Positions 16,917 through 26,400 of a DNA stretch of 64,000 nt are shown here, piece by piece; position 1 is the first letter of the stretch; the number at the start of each line of letters is the position of its first letter. The notes beneath the pieces were generated by a model. It ran no database searches. It saw only the letters and a list, made by a program, of their open reading frames with translations, and was not told where the DNA came from. The DNA lies in the IMG/VR virus record IMGVR_UViG_3300017678_000008, positions 3,792-67,791 of that record; one strand, given 5' to 3'. The position numbers and the translations under genes are program-made. Source of the DNA: a virus.

Positions 16917-17587
16917 AGGCATATCCGTTCAGCGAGTTACGCCGCCGCACGAGTGACCGGCTTGCGAATGTGACCGGCAACCGCCAAACGTTCGGACCGC
17001 ATGACTACGCCCGCGCCTTTAACGAAGCGCTGGCACTCATTGGCCGCTTCTGTTACGTGTGTGACCCTATGGTGAGATTGACCCTCGCCAATGGTGACCA
17101 AAGGGTGGATTTACAGGATCCCGCGAAGGTGTCCAGGCGCGTTATCAAGCCGCTCGAAATGTGGATTGCCGGCCAAAAGTGCGGAGACATCGTGGCGCTC
17201 AGCGACCTTGAAGAGCTTGCGCCGCAGTGGCGCGAGGCCCAGGAAGGCCGCCCGAATCTAGGCGCGTGGACCGGTGGCACCGAGCTGATCTTTGACCGTC
17301 CGGTGGATATGGCAACGGCCTCACAAAGCAACTACCTGAGTGCTTACATCATCCCGGCCGTGATCGGATCCGATGGCACCGCCAGGCCGATGGGCTTCAC
17401 GACCGAACGCGAAACCACGGGGGACACCTGGTCCGTCGAAGGGGGCACGATCGGCACCGTCACCTACACAACAACGAGCGGGAGCTGCGCAACGGCCAGC
17501 GGCAACCCGAACGACCTGGGAGCCGCCGATGGCACGGCCATCACCGCCCGCTACCGAACGCCTGACTGCGTGGACGCGATCGAATGA
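16913..17587 (+). CDS. Adaptor paralogue 2, N-terminal part
   Basis: AFNEAL, RRVI, PQWR...GRP, LIFDRP mirror adaptor 1; lacks its C-terminal helices. Confidence 0.65.
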   Translation: MKAYPFSELRRRTSDRLANVTGNRQTFGPHDYARAFNEALALIGRFCYVCDPMVRLTLANGDQRVDLQDPAKVSRRVIKPLEMWIAGQKCGDIVALSDLEELAPQWREAQEGRPNLGAWTGGTELIFDRPVDMATASQSNYLSAYIIPAVIGSDGTARPMGFTTERETTGDTWSVEGGTIGTVTYTTTSGSCATASGNPNDLGAADGTAITARYRTPDCVDAIE

Positions 17588-18195
17588 GTGCCATCTTCAA
17601 ACTTGGAAACCTGACCTGGCCGGAATTGCCCGCCGGGGTGACCCCCGACTGGGTGCGAATCGCCACTATCCGGACGCGCGTGGCGCATGCGGGCACGTGG
17701 ACCGCGAAGTGGGTGAGCAACATCAACTCCGGGACGCACACGGTCTACGCCATGGAAAGCTGGGCCGCCGGGAGCGTGGGCAATTACGAAACGCTCACCA
17801 ACAAGCTGCAAGCCACGATCAGCCGCGCCTCGCTCGACTCGCCCACATTTGGCCTAATCCTGAGCTTCGAGCCGACAAGCCCGGCGAACAATGGCAACGC
17901 CGACCTAGATCAGCTCGTGCTCGAGGAGCGCCACGCCGTCGTGGGCACCGTCACCGGGGTGGATGAAGGCGCGTATGTCGAGATCCCGGATCAGTACATG
18001 GATGGCGTGACGGCGATCGCGGCCACTTGGCTCATGGAAGGCGGCCCCGCCGTGCAAGACCTGGCCGCATGGCTTGGCCGGTATGAACCGCAGGCCGTGG
18101 AGATACTCAAGGCCTTCCGCGCCGAGAACCAACGAAGCCAAACCAGCGACCAGACCCCGCCGAACGGTCGGTACTTCCGGAGAGTGCGAGGATGA
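17584..18195 (+). CDS. Adaptor paralogue 2, C-terminal part
   Basis: ATGA overlap; beta-rich region followed by EIPDQYMDGVTAIAATWL, equivalent to the adaptor C-terminal helices. Confidence 0.6.
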   Translation: MSAIFKLGNLTWPELPAGVTPDWVRIATIRTRVAHAGTWTAKWVSNINSGTHTVYAMESWAAGSVGNYETLTNKLQATISRASLDSPTFGLILSFEPTSPANNGNADLDQLVLEERHAVVGTVTGVDEGAYVEIPDQYMDGVTAIAATWLMEGGPAVQDLAAWLGRYEPQAVEILKAFRAENQRSQTSDQTPPNGRYFRRVRG

Positions 18196-20711
18196 TCGAG
18201 CCGCAAACCACGCAGTACGGCCCGTTCGCGGGCATCGTGAAGGGCCTCAGCCCGACCAACACGCCGACGCCGTACGCCCAGGACGCCAAGAACGTGGTGA
18301 TCACGGACGCCTCGATCCGGCCGCGACCAGGCTACGCCGTGCTAAGCGCCGCCCCGAGTGGCCATAGCGCTCAGGCCCTTCTCGCTTACGTGGCAGGCAA
18401 CCAAGCCGGGAGCCTGGCCGAAGAGCTGCTCAGCATCGAAACCCGCAGCGGCAATACCCGGCCGTATAGCGTGAACCCGACGACGGGAGTGCGAACGGAA
18501 ATCACGGAGGGCGGAGTCAGTCAGGCGCTTACGCCCGGAGTGTGGGAGTGTGCCGCCTTCGAGGGCCGCGCGATCGTCCACCGCCGAGGAGCCGGAAGTG
18601 TCTACGCGCACACCATCGGCCAGGTCAACGACTGGGAGCTGCTCGATCAGCCGCGCCCCGCCGACGCCACCGCGCCGGTCCTGATTGAGTTCGAGGACCA
18701 AGAGGCCGGTGAGGAAGTGCCGACGCCGCCGACCAGCTACAGCTGGGCCGGACTCACCGCGCCAGACGTCACCAACACCGGGGGCGGGAGTGAGTGCCCT
18801 GTGGCCTTTGACGCCGTGATCGGGAATGACCTCGAGCTGCTTCCATCAAACGGTGGGATCCTCTACAACTGGTATGGGGTGAAGCTGGACCTTACTGGCA
18901 CCACGGCCGGGGCGCTGGATCTCAGCGCCGCCACCGACATCATTCTCACCATTGAGCGCGTGGACGGTGCCAGATGGCTTGCCTCACCTGCTACGCCCTG
19001 GGGGTGGAGTATCGGCAGTGGAAACGCGCAGATATGGATCACCAACGACGTGGCCACGGAAGTGGAACTCGAAAACGGCGGGGTGAACGAAATCAAGAGC
19101 CTCGATGGCACGTACCGCTATGAGCTGCGGGGCCGGATCCCGGTGGCCAGCCGTGGCGCAGGCCTCACGGTCACCGAAGAGCTTCGCCTGAAACTACCGG
19201 GCAACGGCGACAGCAACAGCGTAGCCGCCAACCGGGACAAGAAGTGGCGACTCCGAGCGCTCGCGATCGTAGCGCCGACGATCACGCCGCCGAGTAACAC
19301 CCTTGACACCCCGAATGAGCGCATCCGCTTCGGATACGCGCCGTACGACAGTCGCCGCGACGTGGAAGCGGAGAACGTAACAGCCGGGGCATGGCTTCGC
19401 CTCGAAGCCCCGAACCGCTACGGGGCCGACGTAAGCGACGGGGCGACATTCTATGGCAACAAGCCGACCCTTAGCGCCGACGCACCCGGGGTGCCCGCCG
19501 ACTCAGTGAGGTGGTACTACCAACGCGCCACCGAGAACATTTGGCGACTGATCGCCACCCGCCCGGTGGCCGAGGTGGCCTACACCGTCACCCAGTCAAA
19601 AGCCGCCCTCGATGTGAGTCCCGAGCGAGTGGCACCGGCCGCGGAAATGCTAGGGAGTCCGGAGTATGTCTTTGCCCATGCCGGGAGCGCATGGTATCTC
19701 TACAATCGCGGCACGCAAAACGTGCGGGTGAGCAACCAGGGAGTAGCCGAGCGGCTCAACAAGCCCACCGACGACCTGCTCGACACAACCCGGGGAGCCA
19801 CGTGGACGCTTGCGGACAATGCCAGCGATGCACCCATGTGGGGAGCGAGCGCAGGGCAGGCCGTGATCATTCTTGGCCAGCGCGGGGCGTACTCGATGTT
19901 TGGGCTTACGCCCACCACGATGACCCCGCCGAAGCAACTCGCGGACAGCCGGGGCGTTTACGGCCGTGCGGCCGCACGGTGGCGCGGAGAGAACGGCCAA
20001 CCTGGCGTGATTTACCTCGCCGCCGACCTGAATCTTTGGCTCGCGTACGCCGCTGAAGGAGTGGCCGGGGATGCGGGCGGATATGTCGAAGAAGTCTCTC
20101 CGCTCAACAAGGGCGTGATCGCCGATTGGCTTCAGATCACCAGCGCCACCGACCCGATGACGGTCAGCATGGTCGTGGATCCGATTGAGGATTGTGTATG
20201 GATCATGAAGGGCACCCGGGCCGTGGTGCTGCGGGCTCCGAGCCTGCTCGATGGCAACCGGCCTTTGGAGCTACACGAGTACGCCGGGGCCGGATGGACT
20301 CACATCTGCACGGATCCGCGCCGGGGTGTGCGGCTCGCGCGTGGGGGCGGCAGCATCGACAGCCTGGAACGCCACCCCACGACGTTCGCGAAGATCACAG
20401 GCAGCAACATTGACGGCGGCCTGCCTATGCCCGTAGGCCACTACACGCCCGCACGGGTGATCTCGCCTCGGTGCCTGCTTCGGCGCGTGAGTGTGTACCG
20501 CGCGGCCATGGCGAACCCGGTGGACATCACCGTCACGAGCACCGAGAAAACCGCCACGAACTACACGATCGCCGCGAACCGGCGAAGTGTCCAGCTTAGC
20601 CAGTCCCAAATCGGGGATATGCACGACGTGCGCCTGGTCGTCCCGGAGGGACACGCCGGCATTGACAAGGTGGAGCTCGAAATCTGGATGAGCGCCCCAA
20701 ACCATCCGTAA
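18192..20711 (+). CDS. Tail nozzle / stabilisation protein (P22 gp10 / T7 gp12 position)
   Basis: 839 aa, beta-rich; N-terminal F.G...NV......RPRPGY; synteny. Confidence 0.7.
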   Translation: MIEPQTTQYGPFAGIVKGLSPTNTPTPYAQDAKNVVITDASIRPRPGYAVLSAAPSGHSAQALLAYVAGNQAGSLAEELLSIETRSGNTRPYSVNPTTGVRTEITEGGVSQALTPGVWECAAFEGRAIVHRRGAGSVYAHTIGQVNDWELLDQPRPADATAPVLIEFEDQEAGEEVPTPPTSYSWAGLTAPDVTNTGGGSECPVAFDAVIGNDLELLPSNGGILYNWYGVKLDLTGTTAGALDLSAATDIILTIERVDGARWLASPATPWGWSIGSGNAQIWITNDVATEVELENGGVNEIKSLDGTYRYELRGRIPVASRGAGLTVTEELRLKLPGNGDSNSVAANRDKKWRLRALAIVAPTITPPSNTLDTPNERIRFGYAPYDSRRDVEAENVTAGAWLRLEAPNRYGADVSDGATFYGNKPTLSADAPGVPADSVRWYYQRATENIWRLIATRPVAEVAYTVTQSKAALDVSPERVAPAAEMLGSPEYVFAHAGSAWYLYNRGTQNVRVSNQGVAERLNKPTDDLLDTTRGATWTLADNASDAPMWGASAGQAVIILGQRGAYSMFGLTPTTMTPPKQLADSRGVYGRAAARWRGENGQPGVIYLAADLNLWLAYAAEGVAGDAGGYVEEVSPLNKGVIADWLQITSATDPMTVSMVVDPIEDCVWIMKGTRAVVLRAPSLLDGNRPLELHEYAGAGWTHICTDPRRGVRLARGGGSIDSLERHPTTFAKITGSNIDGGLPMPVGHYTPARVISPRCLLRRVSVYRAAMANPVDITVTSTEKTATNYTIAANRRSVQLSQSQIGDMHDVRLVVPEGHAGIDKVELEIWMSAPNHP

Positions 20712-20717
20712 AACACC

Positions 20718-21323
20718 ATGATTGGACAAATTGCAGCAGGACTTGCGGGGCTCATTGGCCTCGTCAACGCAGGAAAAGCCAACCGCGACGCAAACCGGTT
20801 GCAGACGAGCGCCCTCAGCGTCACCGATCGCCAGCTCGAACTAGCCGAGCAAGCCGCCGAGCGTAGCGAATCGTGGCGGCAGAAAATGGTCAAGTGGTAC
20901 GAGGAGCAAGACGCCCAGGGCGCCTACTCTGCGGACGCACAGATCGAGCAGGGGATGCAAGATATCGCCGACTACGAGCGCCGGGGCATGAGCGCCGTTC
21001 GCGCCGACCGGTACACCCGGGGTATGCGCGAGGGTGACAGTGTGGTCGAAGAAAACGCCGACCGTGTGGCCATCGATGTGCGCAAGGAACTAGGCAAGCT
21101 TCGCGCCCTGCTATCGGCCCAGGCCCGCGCCGAAGAGCTGCAAACTCTCGGGGCGCTCTCGCCGGATCCGGGACTCGCTGGCATCTACCAGAACAACGCC
21201 GCAATGGCCGGAAACGCCCGGATCAACCTCTCGAACGCCCTCCGTTCGCAGGCCGGAAACCCGGCCGCCTTTCTCGCTGGCCTCATGCCGCTACTCCAAG
21301 GGAAGACAGGCGGGGGCGCATGA
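20718..21323 (+). CDS. Ejection protein 1
   Basis: Gly/Ala hydrophobic N-terminus followed by A/Q-rich helices (P22 gp7 position). Confidence 0.6.
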   Translation: MIGQIAAGLAGLIGLVNAGKANRDANRLQTSALSVTDRQLELAEQAAERSESWRQKMVKWYEEQDAQGAYSADAQIEQGMQDIADYERRGMSAVRADRYTRGMREGDSVVEENADRVAIDVRKELGKLRALLSAQARAEELQTLGALSPDPGLAGIYQNNAAMAGNARINLSNALRSQAGNPAAFLAGLMPLLQGKTGGGA

Positions 21324-23437
21324 TCGGCAACAACTATGCCGCCGCCGCGATGGCAGCCACGGCCGCCGCCGCGATCACGCCGGAGCCGCCTCTCGAAGGG
21401 GCACCGGCCGAGTTCGCCGCCATGAGCGGATTGCCGAGCACAGAGGCCGCCCCGAGTGCGTCGACGACCGCGCCAAGCACACCCCTGGACTTCGGTCTGC
21501 CGACCATCAACTTCCCGCAGCGCACCATCAAGGACGCCGCCGAGCGCAACGTCTTTGACGACCTGCCGTCGCACCATCTTTGGCTTAGGGACAAGGTGGT
21601 ATCCAGCCGGATCGCCAACTCGAACGCCGGTTACTACTTCGATAACAGTAGGCTCACCATCCCGAACGAGGCGCTCGCCCTCCAAGCTGAAGCCCAGGCC
21701 AAGGAAACCAAGTTCCAGGGCATCGTGCAGAGCATGATCGATGAGGGCCTTCAGGTGGACTTGCTTGATGAAGAACTTATCAAGAAGGACGTGCAAGTCC
21801 TTCGAGATCTCTTGCGCGAGATCCCGAAGCCGCCGAAGCCCCAGGAGATGCAAGGCCCGACATGGCAACAGGGAGTGGCCGCCCTGGTCGCTTCGCTCGT
21901 GGATCCGGCCGGTGCCGCGACCTACGCCGCCCAGCCCTTCCAGTATCAAGCCCAGCGCCGCCAAGAGCAGTACCAGCAGGCGATGATCGAATACGAGGCC
22001 GACAAGCAGGCTTTCCAGCTGAAGTACCAACTCGAAGCAAGTCAGGCCGACCGCCTGGCCAACGTGCGCATGGTGAACAACCAGCTCACCAACCAAGCCC
22101 GCCAAGCCTATATCAGCCGGATCTACGACGCGCGAATGGCAGACGCCAACGCCCGCCAACAGTGGGAAATGACCGCCTTCCAGATCGGGGTGGAATTCAA
22201 GAAGATGGACCGGGCACTCGTGCAGCAGGTGGCCCTCGCTCATCTCGATGTCCTCACCTCCGGCCGCCCGAGCTCACCGGAACAGCGCAAGGCCGCCGCC
22301 GCCGCCGTGTATGCCATCACCGGGATCGAAGTGGCCACGAGTGACCAGCTCACCGACCAGGAGAAGATCGTCGCAGAGCAAGCCCGCCAGATTGTCAACG
22401 AGGGTAAGGTCCTGGATGCAACCCAGGACGCCCGGATCCGCACCGCAAACGCCCAGGCGAGTGTGGCGGAAAGCACCGCGATCGAAGCCGGAGTGCAGGC
22501 AAGCACCGCCGACGAGCGGGCGAAGCTTCAGCTCGAACAGCTGAAGCTCGAAAACGAAAGCCGGGCCAAGGCGAACGAGTACCTCGATGAGCAGTCCCGC
22601 GCCCAGCTGGAAGCCACGTACGCCGCCACCGATGGCCAACGAATCCAGAACGGCCAGAACGCCGCGCCTCGCGGGCTCACCGAGGAGCAAAAGCGCCTCT
22701 ATGTCCAGGCCGCCGCGAACGCCCGGGGAGCCGCGTCCGAGCAACGGATCGCCCTAGCCCAGCGCAAAGACAGCATCATCGAACAGCTCAAAGAGGAGGG
22801 CCGGTGGCTGAACTATGGCCACAAGGAAGGTGGCCTCTGGGGCATGGGCGGCACGCGCCTCAGCAACGAGGAAGTGGACCGCCGGAACCAGCAGCTCTTG
22901 CAGGACCGATTGCGCCAGGACCCGGTGGCAGGTGAGCACGAGCGGGCCATTCAGGAGCACGAGAACAGCGCCCGCCAGTTCGAGACCTACCTCAACTCGG
23001 CAGGCACCAACATTGGCAAGAACCCCGTGGGGGCCGGAGACCTTGGCAAGAAGTACCAAGATCAAGGCCTGAAATACAGCATGTCGCGCCGAGGCGAAGC
23101 CGCCTACACCGACTGCTCAGAGTTCACGCAGTGTGTGTATCGGGACATGGGCATCCAGATCCCCGGCACCGCCGGTGAGCAGTGGACCAAGATGACGTCC
23201 GTCCCGAAGGGCCAAGAAAGCCTAGGTGACCTGATCTTCTTCCACGACAAGCAAGCCACCGGCGAGCGCCGAAATCGCCCCGCTCACCACGTGGGGGTGA
23301 TTGTGGGCTTCAAGGAGGACGGAACACCCATCATGCGCCACGCATCCAGCGCTCGCAACGGCATCGTGGACGTCCCGCTCGATGAGTACTTAAACAGCGT
23401 AAGACGCCGCATGACTCTTCTCGGGGTGAAGCGATGA
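21320..23437 (+). CDS. Ejection protein 2 with C-terminal NlpC/P60 peptidase
   Basis: Coiled coil, then YTDCSEFTQCVY, PGTAGEQW, GDLIFF, HHVG, HASS. Confidence 0.8.
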   Translation: MIGNNYAAAAMAATAAAAITPEPPLEGAPAEFAAMSGLPSTEAAPSASTTAPSTPLDFGLPTINFPQRTIKDAAERNVFDDLPSHHLWLRDKVVSSRIANSNAGYYFDNSRLTIPNEALALQAEAQAKETKFQGIVQSMIDEGLQVDLLDEELIKKDVQVLRDLLREIPKPPKPQEMQGPTWQQGVAALVASLVDPAGAATYAAQPFQYQAQRRQEQYQQAMIEYEADKQAFQLKYQLEASQADRLANVRMVNNQLTNQARQAYISRIYDARMADANARQQWEMTAFQIGVEFKKMDRALVQQVALAHLDVLTSGRPSSPEQRKAAAAAVYAITGIEVATSDQLTDQEKIVAEQARQIVNEGKVLDATQDARIRTANAQASVAESTAIEAGVQASTADERAKLQLEQLKLENESRAKANEYLDEQSRAQLEATYAATDGQRIQNGQNAAPRGLTEEQKRLYVQAAANARGAASEQRIALAQRKDSIIEQLKEEGRWLNYGHKEGGLWGMGGTRLSNEEVDRRNQQLLQDRLRQDPVAGEHERAIQEHENSARQFETYLNSAGTNIGKNPVGAGDLGKKYQDQGLKYSMSRRGEAAYTDCSEFTQCVYRDMGIQIPGTAGEQWTKMTSVPKGQESLGDLIFFHDKQATGERRNRPAHHVGVIVGFKEDGTPIMRHASSARNGIVDVPLDEYLNSVRRRMTLLGVKR

Positions 23438-26400
23438 GCACGCCCGGCTTTAGCAGCTGGCAACACTATCTCGGGGGCGCGGGAACGCCGTCGCAAAGCG
23501 GATCCGTCAGCGGGCCGGTGCAAGGCTTCACGAGCTGGCAGGAGTATCAGCAGGCAGGGGCCGCCGCACCGATCGCGCCGGCCGCCACCGTGTGGGATCG
23601 CCTCAAGCTCAAGCCGTCGCAACTTCCCGACGACCATGCCCGAAGGATGGCCGCCGCCGCCAAGTTTGCCCCGGACTCAGCCGAGCGATTGATGGCCATG
23701 GCGGACATGGCCGTCGTGGGCTTCCCAACCTTCGGTGAAGAATCGTACAGCTACCCGGGCCGCGAACTCCTTCGGGAAGTGGTCCGCTACCGAGGCCCGC
23801 AGCTGGCGGCCGCACTCCCGGGAGTCATCCGGAAAGTGGCCACCGAGTTTGGGCAGGAGCCGAGCATCGTGGAGGCGCGTATGCAGACCTTGGGTCTAGA
23901 CACCGCAGAAGCGGCCGCACAAGAGGCCATGAGCGGACGCGCCTTCACGGACATCTTGGGCTTCTCATATGCCGAGCAAGTCCTCCCGATCGCGCGGCAA
24001 GGGGCACTGATGGCCGTCCAGCGCTTGCAGGGCACCTACGACCCGGCGACCTTTGATGAAGGCGTGTCCGAAATGGAGGAGCGGATCGCAAGTGATGGGA
24101 ACCAGCGAGCCTTGCAAATGGCCGCGAACCTTGGTCTCTACATTCTCCCTTTTGGCCCGAAGTCCGGGCCGATGAAGATCCTCAGCGGCCGCCCGCAGGC
24201 CGGAGTAGGCGCGAACCCGCTGCAGAACCCCAACATCTTTGGGGGCGTGGAAGCCGTTCGCTTCATGGGCAGGATCGCCGAAGACGGCTTCGGCGGCGCG
24301 ATCGTGGGCGAGCTGCAAGACATGGGGAACGCGATCAATCCCTTCGCCGAGGACCTCGCACCTAGCGAACGATTTGCCCGCGTGGCGCTGGCCGCAATGG
24401 CCGTGGCCGGTCTCACTAGCGGGGCCGCCGACGTCCGCCAGGTCGCCCGCGAAATCACCAACGATGTGGCCGCACGTGCGCCCGGGAGGCTTGGGGCGAA
24501 CATGCAACGAAACCTCCGCGCGAGCGCTCTTACGAGCGTCATGGAGGATGCTCTCGCGCGAACAGACATGCCAGTGGCAGAAGCGCCCACACCCCCGCCC
24601 ACCGCCTATGACTCCCCGGTGAAGCAAGCCCCCAGCACGGTGGACTTCAGTGTCATGAAGCCGGGCGATCATGCGCGTTTGCGCCGAAACTTCGACCTGG
24701 CAATGGACGACATGCCAGCCCGTGACCTCGTGGCCTGGTCGGCGCTCTCTCGCCCCTTTGACGAAGTGACCGGGGTGGATCTCAGCAGCATCCGCGTGAT
24801 CGATGTGGACGCCCCGCCCCGTCAGGTGGCGGCCGCTGATGACATGCTCGATGAAGCAGCTCCGAAGAGCTTCGCCGACGCCGCCCAGGAAGCCGAGCAG
24901 CGACTCAAGGAAAGCGGCCTGGCCGCGAACGAGGACTACATCCACCTCGATCAAGTGAAGGCGCAGACCGCGCACCTCAAGCGGCTCACCTTCGCCCGCG
25001 AGATCTCAAGCGCCGAGGACATGCGCCAGGCCCTGGTCGACAGTTGGGGCATGGAAGCAAAGCCCGCCAAGGCCGCCGCCGAGCTTTGGGACGCCCGGGC
25101 TCAGGCTTGGGCCGAGGAAACCGGCCGTCCGGTCACCGAATGGTACAGCACCCGTATCGCCAGCGTGGGCAGGGCCGGGGACACCGCAGGCCGCGCGGAT
25201 GAGATGATCATCGAAGGGAGTACCGTCCGGTTCACCTACGAAGGGCAGTACTACCAAGGCAAGATTGGACCGAAAGCAAATGGACCGCTCCAACGATTTG
25301 GCCGGATCCCGGTCATCATGGATGACGGCAGCACCTGGGTCATGCCGCTTGGCAACATCACCGACGGGGTGCCCGACGCCGTTCGCGTGCGCCATGCTCA
25401 CCTGGAAACAGCGAAGCCTTTGCACCAAGATGGCGACGCCCCGGCCCTGACGGCCGTTCACACGACAAGCGCCGAGAGTCTTGAAGCCCTGGCCACCGTG
25501 GGGCGCGTAGAGAAGCCGAGCCTCGAAGTGCCGAACTTTGAGGGCGAGTACTCGCCCCGGTGGACGCGCGACACGCACCTCGTGTTTGATCCCGAGGCGA
25601 CGATCGACCGAGGCCCCGCGCGGGCCGTGCAGGCCGACGCCGTGCGCCGCGACGATGGCCAGGAGAGTTACCGCTTCGACCCGACCGACTCCGGCCCCGT
25701 GGCCGCCCGGGACATCCGCGCGATCGTGGTGCCAGACGACGCCCGCCAGGCCGTGCCGCAAGCGCTACTCGATGAGGGGGCGCGTGTGTACACCTACGAC
25801 CCCGCCACGCAAGGAGATCGCCAGCGAGTGCTGGCCCAGGCCGAGACCGAAGTCAATGCCCTGTACCAGGCCGAGCAGACGGCCAAGGCCGCGATCTGGT
25901 TCGACCGCAACGGCAAGGCGATCCTGCGGGCCATGAAGAATCCCGACGTGAGTACGGCCATCCACGAGCTTGGCCACGTCCTCAGGCGAGACGCCTACCG
26001 AGACGGCGGGATCAGCGTGCAAGAGCAAGCCGCCCTCGAAAAGTGGGCCGGTGTGAAGGACGGCAAGTGGACCGAAGCGGCAGAGGAGAAGTTTGCCCGG
26101 GCCTTCGAGCGATACGTCCGAAACGGCAAGGCCCCCGCGCGTGAGCTGCGGGGCCTCTTCGAACGACTGAAGAAGATGCTGAAGCGCATCTATGTTGAAC
26201 TCACTGGCAGTCCGATTGACGTCGAGATCTCGCCTGAAGTCCAGAGCGTGTTCGACAACCTTCTCGGCAAGCGAGCCGCCGACGAGCGGGCTCGACTAGG
26301 GGCCCTCGAAGAAGAAGCAGAGCGGATGATGATTCAGCGCCGGGATGAGCTGCTCAGCATCATGCCGGATGACGACCGCCTGGATATCTGGGCCGACGAA

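Noticed and set aside
17585-17615. TGA readthrough or a split intein at the adaptor-2 junction
   Set aside because: In-frame readthrough hits another TGA 9 codons later, and there are no intein C/S...HN motifs.
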